Position numbers and translations under genes: made by a program. DNA of 64,000 nt, taken from contig OY970273.1 in the NCBI GenBank assembly GCA_963715755.1, forward strand, positions 6,121,797 to 6,185,796, read 5' to 3'. How positions within the stretch are numbered: the stretch's first letter is position 1; every line of letters starts with the position of its first letter. Positions 49,657 to 59,882 of the stretch are shown here, one piece after another. This DNA is from an uncultured Planctomycetaceae bacterium (lineage in GTDB: Bacteria > Planctomycetota > Planctomycetia > Pirellulales > PALSA-1355). The notes beneath the pieces are model-generated. The model saw only the letters and a program-made list of their open reading frames with translations, was not told where the DNA came from and searched no databases.

Positions 49657-52600
49657 ACTCGTCACCTGGTCGAACAGCCGTTCGAAGCGGCGGCGATTTT
49701 CGGCCGTGAAGTGCTGGCAGTCGGCCAGCAGTTTTTGCGGCGTCGCGTAGTGCAAAAGCCCGGCCAGCTTGGCCAGCTCGCGCGGCTCTTCCGGCAAATT
49801 GTCGCGGGCCGTGATGCTCAAGAGCCGCAGCCGGGATTGCAGCGTGCGCAGAAAGCGGTAGCTCTCGACGAAGAAGGCCGTGTCCTCGGCGCCCAGATAG
49901 CCGGCCCGGCCCAGGGCCACGAGCGCTTCGTGCGTGCCGGGGGGCCGCACGTTCGGGTTGTCGTGGCCGTGCTTGAGCTGCAGCATTTGGACCAGGAACT
50001 CGATGTCGACCAGTCCGCCGGGCCCGCGCTTGAGGTTGCCCTGCGCCGCGCCGGTCTCGACGCGCATGCGCATCTCGCGGACCGTGCGGCTATCCCCCTC
50101 TTGCCAGGGGGCTCCGTAGGCCGCTTCGGTCACCGCGGCCAAGGCGCTGGCCCACTTCGGGCGAGGCCAGCAGCACCCGGGCTTTGCACAGCGCCTGGCG
50201 TTCCCAGAGCTGCCCTTCGCGGGCGGCGAAGTAGCGGCTGAACTCGGGGAGCGAGACGGCCAGCGCGCCGCTCTTGCCGGTGGGGCGCAGACGCGGATCG
50301 ATCTGATAGAGCCGGCCGTTGGGCCCCAGCTGCGTGGCCACCTTGATGATCCGCTGGCCGAGCTCGCCGAAAAAATGCTGGTTCGTGGTCGTGGTGTCGC
50401 GCTGGGCGCGGCGAAGGGGACCGTGGTGCCGTCGGCCTCGAACAGGAAAATCAGGTCCAGGTCGCTGTAGTAATTGAGCTCGCGGCCGCCGAATTTGCCC
50501 AAGGCCAGGATGATCAGCTCGCAGCGGCGCGTGCCCGCCTCGGGCTGGTCCGGCACGATTTCGATCGTCGGCTCGCCGAGCTTGGCGGCCAGCTTGTCGT
50601 ATTCGGCCCGGGCAATCCGGTTCAGGCACACCTGGGCGATGTCCGACAGGGCGGTGCTGGTGGCCTCGATCCGCTGCTTGCCCAGGATGTCGAGCACGCC
50701 CACGCGGAGCTGCTGGGCATTCTTGAAGCTGTGCAGCATCGGCTCGATGTCTTCGGCCGCCCGGGTCAGCTCGGCCAGCGTGGCGTCGAGAAATTCAACG
50801 CTGGGCAGCTTATCCAGCAGCAGGCCGTCCATCAGCTCGTCGAGCATGCCAGGGTTGCTGATCAGGATGCCCGACAGGTATTCGCTCGAAGAACACAGCT
50901 CGACGTACAGGTGCAGCGTGGGCGGATGAAAGCTGAACAATTCCCAGAGCACGCCCTTGCCGCCGAGCGAGTCGCTGACCTTGCTCAGATTGATCAGCGT
51001 GAAGTCGGGGTCGGGCGTGGCGGCGATGGCCTGGAGCAGCTGCGGCGCGATCGCGGCCAGGAAGTGCCGGCAGCGGCGCGTCGAGAGAAAACGGATCTTC
51101 TCCGTCGCCAACTCCATCAAATGCTGGTAGGCCTGCTGCACGTTGCCAAAGTGGTAGCGGGCCAGCACCTCGGCCACGCGCTCCGGCGGCGGCTCGGGAT
51201 CGAGCACCAGGTCGCTCTCGGGCTCGGTCTGCGTGTCGTCGCTGAAAGCGTCGTGCAGCAGATGATCGAGGATCTTGCGGTTCAGCTCGGTCTTGCTCTT
51301 GTAGTCGGACTCGAACGTGGCCAGGGCCGTCTGGCCCGGCGCGTCGCTGCAGCCCAACCGGATGGCCACCTTGCGCAGCTCGCCAGGCTCGGCGGGCAAG
51401 GTGTGCGTCTGCAGATCGAACATGATCTGCAGGCGATGCTCGATCTTGCGCAGGAAACTGTAACTGTCCTCGAGCAGCGTGCGCTCCTGGTGCGTCAGGC
51501 AGCCGCAATTCTCCAGCGCGGCGATCGCTTCGAGCGTGTTGCCGGTTCGCAGACTGGGCAGGTCGCCGCCGTTGAGCAGTTGCAGGAACTGGATCACGAA
51601 CTCGATGTCGCGGATGCCGCCGTGGCCGGTCTTCACGTTGAGCGCGTCGGCCCCTTCGCGGCTGCTGCGTTGTTCGATCCGGCGTTTCAAGGCCTTGATG
51701 CCGGTGATGTCGGCCCGGCTCAGGTAGCGGCGATAGATCCAGGGTTCCAGCTGGGCCAGCAGCTCGCGCCCCAGTTCGAGGTCGCCGGCGATGGGCCGGG
51801 CCTTGACGAAGGCCTGCCGCTCCCAGGTGCGCCCCGAGACATCGTAGTAGTGCAGCGCGCCTTCGAAGCTGTTGGCGATCGGCCCGCTTTGGCCGGCGGG
51901 GCGCAGCGCAGGTCCACGCGATAGGCCGCGCCCATCTCGGTCGGCTCGGTCAGCAGCCGCAGGACGTGCCGGCTCAGCCGGTCGAAGTATTCGCCGGCTT
52001 GCTGCTGCTGAGCCAGCGGGATGCCCCGCCCGGCGTCGTAAATGAACACCAGGTCGATGTCGCTGGAGTAATTCAGCTCGACGCCGCCGAGTTTGCCCAG
52101 GGCCAGCACGACGAACCGGGCCGGCGCCCCCGAGGGCGTGAGCGGCGCCGTCCGCTTGCCGGCCAGCCGGGTTCGGGCCGCGAGCACGGCCGCTTCGACG
52201 ATCGCGTCGGCCAGATGGGAAATCTGCCGGGTGATCGTATCGATGCTCTGGCCGCGAATAATGTCGCCGTAGCAGATCCGCAGCGTCTCGCGGCGCTTGA
52301 AGCGCCGCAGGGCCGCCATCACGGCCTGATCGTCGTCCCCCAGGGCCGCGATCTCGCCGGCAAATTCGGCCACCAGGGCCTCGCGCGGCACCGGCTGCCC
52401 TTCGGTCATCCGCAGCAAGTCGTAGCTCTCGCTGTCGTTGACCAGCAGATCGCTCAGATGCTGACTGGTGGCGAAGATTTGCAGCAGCACCGGCAGGGCG
52501 TCGCGATCGCGCTCGAACAGCGATCCCATCGAGAGCGGATTCCGGGCCGCGGCCACGAAGCGCTCGCAATTGTTCAGCGCCCGGTCCGGATCGCTGGACT

Positions 52601-52781
52601 GCGGCAGATGCTCGGCCAGTTGATCGCAAATCGTGGCCAGCAGGTCGAGCGTCAACCCGGCCGTGGCCATGTTCACCAGATTGGCATGCGCCCGCTGGAC
52701 GTCGACAATGCCCAGCGACCGCAGCCAGGGAGCCGCGGCGGCCTCATCGTCGAGATAGCCGTACAGTTGTTCGATTTTCAT
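49654..52781 (-). pseudogene. glnE: bifunctional glutamine synthetase adenylyltransferase/adenylyl-removing enzyme, frame broken three times
   Basis: The start is ATG 52781 (MKIEQLYGYLDDEAAAAPWLRSLG...). Both nucleotidyltransferase cores are present: GKLGGVELNYSSDIDLVFIYD and GKFGGRELNYYSDLDLIFLFE. The protein is spread over ORFs 51720..53540, 49654..52629 and 50090..50629. The joints lie near 51901-51910, 50395-50430 and 50137-50152. The total span of 3128 nt is not a multiple of 3. Confidence 0.85.
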
Positions 52782-52924
52782 CGATCGGAGCGAAACACGA
52801 TGGAGCCAGCAAGTTCGAGGCAGCGGGTTCGCGGCGGCAAGTTCGCGGCAGGGACGCTGGGGATCGCTCGGCCGCCGGCCCGTCGGCGACGCTACCGAGC
52901 GGCCCGAACCGAAACGGCGCGCCG

Positions 52925-54343
52925 CTAGCCCAGTGAGTATACCTCCGGGCCGACGTGCTGGGTGACGACCGAGCCGAACAGGGTAAACGCGTTGGCGTCG
53001 TAGATCGTCACCTGCAAGAGCTGGCCGATCTGACGCGCATTGCCCTCGAAGACCACGATCCGGTCGCAGTGCGTCCGGCCGGTCAGTTGCACGAGCGGGC
53101 CGTCCGCGCCGTGCTTCAGGCTGTTCTTGCTCGGGCCTTCGACCAGGATTTCCACTTGCCGGCCGATCAGCGGCTGATGATCCTCTTCGCTGATCGCGTT
53201 CTGGATCGCCAGCAGCTCGTTGTTCCGCCGGCGTTTGACCTCTTCGGGCACGTCGTCGGGGAACAGCTGGGCCCCCTTGGTGCCGGGACGCTCGCTGTAC
53301 TTGAAGATGAAGCTGTTCTTGAACCGCGACTCGCGGACCAGATCGCAGGTGGCGGCAAAGTCGGCGTCGGTCTCGCCGCAAAACCCGACGATGAAGTCGC
53401 TGGTCACCGCCGCGCCGTCGATCGTGGCGCGAATCCGGGCCAGCATCTCGCGATACTCCTCGACCGTATAGCCCCGCTTCATCCGCTCCAGGATCCGGTT
53501 CGACCCGCTCTGGGCGGGCACGTGCAGATAGGGCGAGCACTTGGGCAAGTCGCGCACCGCCTGGAGCAGATCGTCCGTCATGTCCTTGGGATAGTTGGTC
53601 ACGAACTTGAGCCGGTCGATGCCGGCGATTTCGTGCAGCTCGGCCAGCAGATCCGCGAGCCGCGTCGTTCGCCCCGCCGAGCGGTACTTGTAGCTGTTCA
53701 CGGTCTGACCCAGCAGCGTGATCTCGCGGCAGCCCTCGTCGGCCAGCCGCCGAGCTTCGGCCACGATGTGCTCGGGCGGGCGGCTTTGCTCGGGCCCGCG
53801 GACCATCGGCACGATGCAGTACGTGCAGAACTTGTCGCAGCCGATCATGATCCGCACGTAGGCCTGGTAGGGCGTGGGGCGCATCTCGGGATCGCGCAGC
53901 GGATCGTAGCTTTCGAAGCTGGCCGCGATTTCGGCCCGGCTGGCCGCGTTGCGCTCGAGGCTGACTTCGAGCTGCTGCCCGGCTCCGGCGGCGACCCGCT
54001 CCAGCAAGTCAGGAATCTGGTGCAGCTGGCCCGGGCCCACGACCAGGTCGACATACGGGGCCCGCTCGAAAATCAGCTTCTGATCCTTTTGGGCCATGCA
54101 GCCCAGCACGCCGATGATTTTGTCCGGATTGTCGCGCTTGGCGTGTTTCAGCCGGCCCAGCGCGCTGTAGATCTTGTCCTCGGCATGCTGGCGGACGCTG
54201 CAAGTATTGAACAGGATCGTGTCGGCTTTGGCCGGCGCGTCCACCAGCTCGTAGCCGGCCTTGCGCAGACTGGCCACCACTAGCTCGCTGTCGAGCAGGT
54301 TCATCTGGCAGCCGACGGTCTCTATATATAAGCGCTTGGCCAT
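52925..54343 (-). CDS. miaB: tRNA-2-methylthio-N6-dimethylallyladenosine synthase (radical SAM methylthiotransferase)
   Basis: Taken from ORF 52925..54397. I place the start at ATG 54343 (MAKRLYIETVGCQMNLLDSE), the UPF0004 N-domain. The radical-SAM motif is CDKFCTYCIVP, and a C-terminal TRAM domain is present. Confidence 0.92.
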   Translation of the reverse strand: MAKRLYIETVGCQMNLLDSELVVASLRKAGYELVDAPAKADTILFNTCSVRQHAEDKIYSALGRLKHAKRDNPDKIIGVLGCMAQKDQKLIFERAPYVDLVVGPGQLHQIPDLLERVAAGAGQQLEVSLERNAASRAEIAASFESYDPLRDPEMRPTPYQAYVRIMIGCDKFCTYCIVPMVRGPEQSRPPEHIVAEARRLADEGCREITLLGQTVNSYKYRSAGRTTRLADLLAELHEIAGIDRLKFVTNYPKDMTDDLLQAVRDLPKCSPYLHVPAQSGSNRILERMKRGYTVEEYREMLARIRATIDGAAVTSDFIVGFCGETDADFAATCDLVRESRFKNSFIFKYSERPGTKGAQLFPDDVPEEVKRRRNNELLAIQNAISEEDHQPLIGRQVEILVEGPSKNSLKHGADGPLVQLTGRTHCDRIVVFEGNARQIGQLLQVTIYDANAFTLFGSVVTQHVGPEVYSLG

Positions 54344-54494
54344 GGTCGTTTGCTGGATTCCAGTGCGCCGCAGCTTCAGGCCGCGTCGAGGGTGCAACGG
54401 CGGGGGACGTCAGACCGCCAAACCAGCTCCGGCGCTTGGTGCCGCGCTGGGGCGGCCGGCAAGTCCGCCAGGATCGCGGGGCGGTGGCCCGACG

Positions 54495-54731
54495 TCAGGC
54501 GGCCGGACGACCACCGCGGGCGGGCGGTTTGGCGACAGGGGTCTGGGATTGCTGTTTCTCTTGTTTGATCCGCTCCTGGCGCTTGCGCTCCTGCTCCATT
54601 TCGCTCCGCAGCTCGACGGCCAGGGTGTTTCGTTTCGCGATCATCAGCCGCACCAGCGACGAGACGGCAATGTACCCGGCCGCGGCAAAAAGTGCCAAGT
54701 CCCAACTGGTTACGGCATCCATGCCCATCAC
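54495..54731 (-). CDS. small membrane protein with charged Gln/Glu/Lys/Arg tail, hypothetical
   Basis: 78-aa ORF. It has one TM helix (WDLALFAAAGYIAVSSLVRLMI) followed by ...ELRSEMEQERKRQERIKQEKQQ. Its ATG overlaps the murJ-frame stop as ATGA (54731-54728). Confidence 0.5.
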   Translation of the reverse strand: MMGMDAVTSWDLALFAAAGYIAVSSLVRLMIAKRNTLAVELRSEMEQERKRQERIKQEKQQSQTPVAKPPARGGRPAA

Positions 54732-56591
54732 CGTGCCTCGTGGTGTGCGCCGCCCTCGAGAGGGCGATCCCGACCCGCTATCTTAACCGGCGAGGGCGGC
54801 CTGCGGCCAGCGAGAATTAACAGCCCCAAAGCGGGGCCGCGGCGGCTTTTTGCAGCCCGGGGGGCCAGTTCGCTCGCCGCGCCGCGGCCGGCCTTCAGGC
54901 CACCCGGCGGAATTCGGGCACCGCTTGTTCCCTCGCTGCCGCTCGGGTCGCTTGCGCCCGCTGCGCCGGGCCGGAGCATTGCCAGCTCGTCGCAGCGGAG
55001 CAGCCGCGCGGCCAAGAGAAAGGTGGCCGCGCCGGCCAGCACGCTGCCGCCGACCTGCAGCCAGTCGTGCCAGCGGCCGCCGCTCGATCCCAACACCCAG
55101 GGCACCGCCAGGACCACGCCGCTCATTAGCGCGCTGGCGCAAGCGGTCTTGAGCATGGTAATCCGTAGCGGGCTCTGGTCGAGCGCGCCGTGCCGCTGCG
55201 AGAACAGCCGCACCATGGCCCAGGTTTGCACGCTGGCCGAAACAGCCGTGGCCAGCGCCAGCCCGCATTCGCCCAGCGGCCAGACCAGCGTCAGGTCCAG
55301 GGCCACGTTGATGCTCATGCCCAGCAGGCTCGTGGCGAGCGGAGTGCGCATGTCTCCGGCGGCATAAAACCCGCGCGCCAGGACCGGCAGCATCGCGTAT
55401 GCGCAAATGCCCAGCGCGTAGCCGGCGGTGGTTCGGGCCGTGCGGGCGGCATCGTCTGCCGTGAAGGCACCATGTTCGAAGAGCAGTGCCGTGAGCGGTT
55501 TGGCTAAGAGCATCAGCCCCACCGCGGCCGGCAGCGACGTGAAGCAAACCAGCCGCAAGCCGCCGACCAGATCGGTCCCTAATTGTTCGCGTCGGCCGTG
55601 CGCCGCATGCCGGCTGAGCAGCGGAAAAATCGCCGTCGCCACCGCGACGCCCAGCAGCCCCACCGGAAACTGGTAAAACCGTTCGGCGTAGTAGAGCGCG
55701 GCCGTCGCACCGGTCCGCAGCGGATACTCGATTCCGCCGGGCAGCCAGTCGACGGTTGCCGCGCCCGCGGCGGCAGCGACCGTGGCCGCGCGGGCTGGAG
55801 CCGTCAGTCCCAAGGCCACGAGGCTGTCGACGAGCGTGTTGATTTGTGTCACACCCAGCGCGATGGCCAACGGGCCCAGAGCCCGCAGCACGCGCAGGCC
55901 CGGCTCGGCGCTGGCCCGCCAATCGATTCGCCAGGCGAAGCCTGCGCGCCGCAGGGCCGCGAGTTGAACCGCCGCCTGTAGCGCTCCGGCAGCGACGACG
56001 CAGCCGGCCAGCGCGTAGGCTTGCGTAGTTTTGTCGGTCGACACGGCGGGCGCAATCCACCAGGCGCCGACCAGCCAGCCGATGTTCATCACGGCCGCGG
56101 CCAAGGCGGGCACGCTGAATCGCGAGAGCGCCTGCAGCGTGGCCGCCAGCTGCGCGGCCAGGCAAACGAACCACAAATAAGGGAGCATCGCGGCCGTCAA
56201 TCCGACGAGCAGCCGCAGGGCCGGATCAGCGGACTGGATCCACACCAGCCCACACAGGCATTCGCCCGCCAGCAGCACGCCGGCCAGTGCCGCGGCCAGA
56301 CCGGCGACGACGGCGGTCGCCAGAGCCTGGGCTCGTGCGCGGTCGCGTTCCAGCTCGGCCGCGAGAACGGGCAAATAGCTGGAGGCGAGCGCCTCCTTCC
56401 CCCAGCAAGCGGCGCAACAAGTTGGGCAGTCGAAAGGCCAGCACGAAGGCGTCGGTTACGCCGCCGGCCGCCAGCCCCAGCAGGCTCGCGGTGGCCACGT
56501 CGCGCAGCAGGCCCAGAACGCGGCTGGCTAGCGTTCCCAGGCTGGTGGCCCAGAAGCCGACGAGGTGCGGCGTTGGCAGTGGATCGCGCAT
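54728..56591 (-). pseudogene. murJ: lipid II flippase MurJ (MviN family), frame broken near 56387-56400; C-terminal ~85 aa of doubtful quality
   Basis: The N-terminus lies in ORF 56226..56759, from ATG 56591: MRDPLPTPHLVGFWATSLGTLASRVLGLLRDVATASLLG...DAFVLAFRLPNLLRRLLGEG. The rest lies in ORF 54728..56374: (ALASSY)LPVLAAELERD... plus about 12 further TM helices. They join as GEGALASSYLPVLA if one G is removed from ggaGGcgctc. Confidence 0.8.
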
Positions 56592-56866
56592 GGGGGGCAA
56601 TAGTAGACGGCCCCCGCGCGCCGGGTAAAGGCGAACTTCGCGCGCGGAGCAAAAGCCCCCAGCTCCGGCCGGCTTTTGGCGAGCTCCAGCGGTGTGCGGC
56701 GCGTTACGTGCGGCAGCTTGCGAGCCTTGTGTTTCGGTCCCCAGGTTCCCGGTTGCCAAACCGGGCGAATTTCGCCAAGATCATTGCTCCCCGCTCGGCC
56801 CCTCTGGCAGACGCGCTGCTGGCCGGGCAGGGACGAAAACGGATTTTCGCTCACGGAGAACAGGCG

Positions 56867-57127
56867 ATGGCAGAACGATCGAAGTATCAGCAGAAAATCA
56901 TCAAGAGCTACTACGACAACCGCGAGGCGATCTCGCTGCAGCGGTTGAGCGAACTGGTCACCGAGCTGTATCTGGCCGAAGGCAAGAAGCGGGCCAAGCA
57001 GTGGGAGTACATCGTCGGGGCGCTGGAAAAACTCAAAGTGCCCCAGGACCGCATCGATCACCTGGTGGCCAAGGACAATCCTGCGCTGGTCGCCAAATTG
57101 GTCGAAGAATTGCTGGCCAAGAAGTAA
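56867..57127 (+). CDS. small conserved hypothetical protein upstream of thyX
   Basis: Only the last 86 codons of track ORF 56021..57127 look real. From ATG 56867, preceded by GGAGAA, the sequence is [86 protein letters not shown]. The composition is ordinary and helical. The gene ends 8 nt before thyX. Confidence 0.6.
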   Translation: MAERSKYQQKIIKSYYDNREAISLQRLSELVTELYLAEGKKRAKQWEYIVGALEKLKVPQDRIDHLVAKDNPALVAKLVEELLAKK

Positions 57128-57135
57128 GGGATCCG

Positions 57136-58042
57136 ATGCCGACCAACGCCGAGCAAGCCGGCACGCTGCGCTGGCAGAAATTTTCCGTGCTCGATGACGG
57201 ATTCGTCTGCCTGGTGGACGTGATGGGCGACGATCAGGCCGTCGTCCAGGCCGCCCGCGTCAGCTACGGCGAGGGCACGCGCAAGGTTTCCGACGATCGC
57301 GGGCTGATCCGCTACCTGCTCCGGCACCGCCATACGACGCCGTTCGAGATGGTCGAGATCAAGTTTCTGGTCCGCGTGCCGATGGATTGCTGGCGACAAT
57401 GGATTCGCCATCGCACGGCCAACGTCAACGAATACAGCACTCGCTATTCGCTGGCTATCGACGCCGCGCAGGCCACGGCGCCCGACGCCTGGCGCCAACA
57501 AGCGGAGCACAACCGCCAGGGCAGCGCCGGCCGCCTGGATGCCGAGGCCGGCGCGGCTGACCGCCGCCGAGGCTGCCTTCCAGGCCGAGGCCCGACGCCT
57601 GTACGAAGAGCGGATCGAACTGGGCGTGGCCCGCGAGCAAGCCCGCAAGGATCTGCCTCTCTCGACGTACACCGAAGCCTATTGGAAAGTCGATCTGCAC
57701 AACCTGCTGCACTTTCTGGCGCTGCGGATGGACAGCCACGCGCAGGAAGAGATCCGGCTGTACGCCGCCACGATCGGCGAGCAAATCATTCGACCGCTGT
57801 TTCCGCTGGTCTGGGAGGCGTTCGTCGATTACCGCCTGGAGGGCATGTTTCTCTCGCGGCAGGATCGCGAAGTCGTCGCGCGGCTGATGGCCCGCCTGGC
57901 TGCGGCCGGCAAGTCGCAAGCCGGCGAAGAGGATTTTCTGGCCGTCCAGGACCCAGACTGGGCCCCGCTGGCTCGATCGCGCGAGCGCGACGAATGCCGG
58001 GCCAAGCTCGCCCGGCTGGGCATTCTGCCGCCGGCTGGCTAA
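57136..58042 (+). pseudogene. thyX: flavin-dependent thymidylate synthase, frame broken near 57541-57560
   Basis: From ATG 57136 the sequence is MPTNAEQ...[49 protein letters not shown], which carries the ThyX RHR-x7-S motif. It turns to junk after ...[11 protein letters not shown] 57539..58042 continues as ...[67 protein letters not shown].... The 907-nt span is not a multiple of 3. Confidence 0.85.
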
Positions 58043-58109
58043 CCAAGGACGTGGCTGGCCCAGCGCACGACGGGCCCAGCTTCTGACGGGCCCAGGCGAG
58101 CGGGACCGT

Positions 58110-58499
58110 TCAGCTTGCCTCGGCGCTCGTGCCATCGAGCGAAAACTGGTGCCCCTGGATGCGCTGGCCGGGCTGGGCATCGCCTTGATAGAGCACCGAG
58201 ACCGGCAGCGCCACGGCCCACAGGGGCCTGGCCTCGGTAAGCATCTGGCGATTGAAGCCTTCGAGGAACTGCCTGGCCTGGTCGGCCGCCAGACAGCCTT
58301 CTTCAGCCGGCTGCAAGGCCACCGCAGCCGGCGGCACTTCGTTCCACCGCTGGGGCAGCCAGTCGCGCGAGTCGGTGATCCATACCCGAAACAGCGGCTC
58401 GCGCTGCCGCTCGACGCCGGACGGGGCGTCTGGTTGCTGGTCGCTGCCCGCGGTAGTCATAACGCATCCCATGACAGAACGAAGAGCTGACTGAAACAT
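58110..58499 (-). CDS. hypothetical protein; start uncertain
   Basis: Taken from ORF 58110..58637. Candidate starts are ATG 58499, 58472 and 58460. The C-terminal ~115 aa (…EPLFRVWITDSRDWLPQRWNEVPPAAVALQPAEEGCLAADQARQFLEGFNRQMLTEARPLWAVALPVSVLYQGD…) have ordinary composition. I recognise no family. Confidence 0.4.
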   Translation of the reverse strand: MFQSALRSVMGCVMTTAGSDQQPDAPSGVERQREPLFRVWITDSRDWLPQRWNEVPPAAVALQPAEEGCLAADQARQFLEGFNRQMLTEARPLWAVALPVSVLYQGDAQPGQRIQGHQFSLDGTSAEAS

Positions 58500-58780
58500 G
58501 CGCTCGATGGTGGCAAGAGACTGTGGCAGGTGAGCTGGAACCTCGAAGGTGGACCACCGGTAATCGCCGACTTGCCGAACTCGGGCGACGAGTCGTTGCG
58601 CAACGAGCCGTTGCACAGCGAGTCGGCGCGCGGCCAATCATCGTGCTGCGAATCATCGTGCTACCCGTTGGCAAGCGGGAGCGTCCCCGGCCGACCGCCA
58701 GGCAGTTGCAGGGTCGACCTGGGCGACCCGGCCGTGCAGTTTCGACCGGGACAGTGCACCGCGGGCCATTGGGACAGCGC

Positions 58781-58822
58781 TTGACAAGGGCTGCGGCGAT
58801 TAGTATACATATGTACATGTAG
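58781..58822 (+). promoter_or_regulatory. candidate promoter (TTGACA-N17-TATACA) overlapped by an AT-rich cluster of nested palindromes; putative operator of the XRE regulator
   Basis: TTGACA lies at 58781-58786 and TATACA at 58804-58809. The palindromes are GTATAC (58803-08), TACATATGTA (58806-15) and TACATGTA (58814-21). About 23 nt of strongly AT-rich sequence sit in a GC-rich background, 125-165 nt upstream of the XRE ATG. Confidence 0.45.
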
Positions 58823-58881
58823 ACGTCAACTGCCCTGCTGGGCCGCGCGGCCGAATCGCCTGGCAGTCGTCCAGCGCGGTC

Positions 58882-58928
58882 GCGTGTTTTGGGCCGTTGC
58901 GTGTTTTGGGCTGCTGCGTGTTTTGCGC
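58882..58928. repeat. 3 x 17-bp direct repeats (GCGTGTTTTG[G/C]GC core) in the leader of the XRE gene
   Basis: Core copies lie at 58882-58894, 58899-58911 and 58916-58928. The last one ends 19 nt before the ATG at 58947. Confidence 0.8.
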
Positions 58929-58946
58929 CGCTCTACCGGGGACATC

Positions 58947-59435
58947 ATGTACGACGTCGCCGCCAACTTACGCCGGCTGATGGCTCGCTTCGGGCTGACC
59001 TTGGAACAAGTGGTCGAGCAGACGGGTCTCGACGAGCGGACCATCAAGGGGATCTTGGCGCGCACCAACAAGCCTCACGCCCGCACGCTGCATCGATTGG
59101 CCGCCGGCCTGCAAGTCGCGAGCGACGAGCTGTTTCAGGATCCGTCGTTGCTGGCCCACCGCCTGTTCGACCGACAATCCAATCCGCTGGTCGAAGAGGT
59201 GGTGGCTGGTCAGCCGGAGCTGTTCGCCGGCTGGTCGGAACGGGACTTCGATGAACTGTATAGCCGTTTCGGTGTCGGCGGCAGCCTGACGGTGGAGGGG
59301 ACGATCGAGGCGGTCCGCTCCATGAACCATAACCGCGAAGTGTGTCGCCAGGTCGCCCTGCTCTTGGAAAGCAGCGAGGCCGAACTCCTCTCGGCCATCG
59401 TGGCGTTACTTTATCAAAAGATCTTGGTGCGCTAA
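58947..59435 (+). CDS. XRE/Cro-CI-type helix-turn-helix transcriptional regulator with an uncharacterised C-terminal domain
   Basis: Taken from ORF 58884..59435. I place the start at ATG 58947 (MYDVAANLRRLMARFGLTLEQVVEQTGLDERTIKGILARTNKPHARTLHRLAAGLQVASDELF), a canonical HTH_XRE pattern. About 100 further residues have no family I recognise. Confidence 0.8.
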   Translation: MYDVAANLRRLMARFGLTLEQVVEQTGLDERTIKGILARTNKPHARTLHRLAAGLQVASDELFQDPSLLAHRLFDRQSNPLVEEVVAGQPELFAGWSERDFDELYSRFGVGGSLTVEGTIEAVRSMNHNREVCRQVALLLESSEAELLSAIVALLYQKILVR

Positions 59436-59882
59436 TCCCGGTTTAACGGCCAGTGACAACAGGGTGTCACTCGTAGCAGCGGCCTTTTCACTTAACGACC
59501 CGGCACGCCGCGCGGCGCCGATTGCTCGTTTGATCAGCATGCGCGCGACAAACTCCGCGAACGGCAACCCGCGGCGGTCTGATTCCTCTTTCAGCCAGCC
59601 TAGAATCGTGTCGATGTTCTCCGCGCACCAGGGCACGCCGCGGCGGTCCATTTCGGCCGCCCGCGACAGGCAAGGGCAGCCCGGCTCCGGCTTGAGCCCC
59701 AGCTTCGCCAGCATTCGCTTGAGCTGTGTGCCCGGGCCCGCGTAGGGCTTCGGTCGGCCGCATTCGTGGTGGATCGTGGCGAGCGTTTGGGTCTGGGCGT
59801 TGAACGGCCGGCGCGCGCCGCACACCGTGCACTTCCAGCGCGTCTTCCAAAAGTTGAGCTTGGGCTGGCAGCGCGGCATCAA
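59406..59882 (-). CDS. Cys-rich hypothetical protein; last gene of the tail-fibre-like operon
   Basis: 158-aa ORF. It has a zinc-ribbon-like N-terminus (WKCTVCG...IHHECG) and then ...GTQLKRMLAKLGLKPEPGCPCLSRAAEMDRRGVPWCAENIDTILGWLKEE.... Its start overlaps the upstream stop by 4 nt (ATGA-type overlap). Its 3' end overlaps the convergent XRE gene by 30 nt. Confidence 0.6.
   Translation of the reverse strand: MMPRCQPKLNFWKTRWKCTVCGARRPFNAQTQTLATIHHECGRPKPYAGPGTQLKRMLAKLGLKPEPGCPCLSRAAEMDRRGVPWCAENIDTILGWLKEESDRRGLPFAEFVARMLIKRAIGAARRAGSLSEKAAATSDTLLSLAVKPGLAHQDLLIK

Noticed and set aside
49654-57560. Programmed ribosomal frameshifting or recoding as an explanation for the frame breaks in glnE, murJ and thyX
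   Set aside because: I see no slippery heptamers or downstream pseudoknot-like structures. None of these genes is known to use recoding. The breaks occur in unrelated genes at ordinary G/C runs. Sequence error, or less likely decay, is the simpler explanation.
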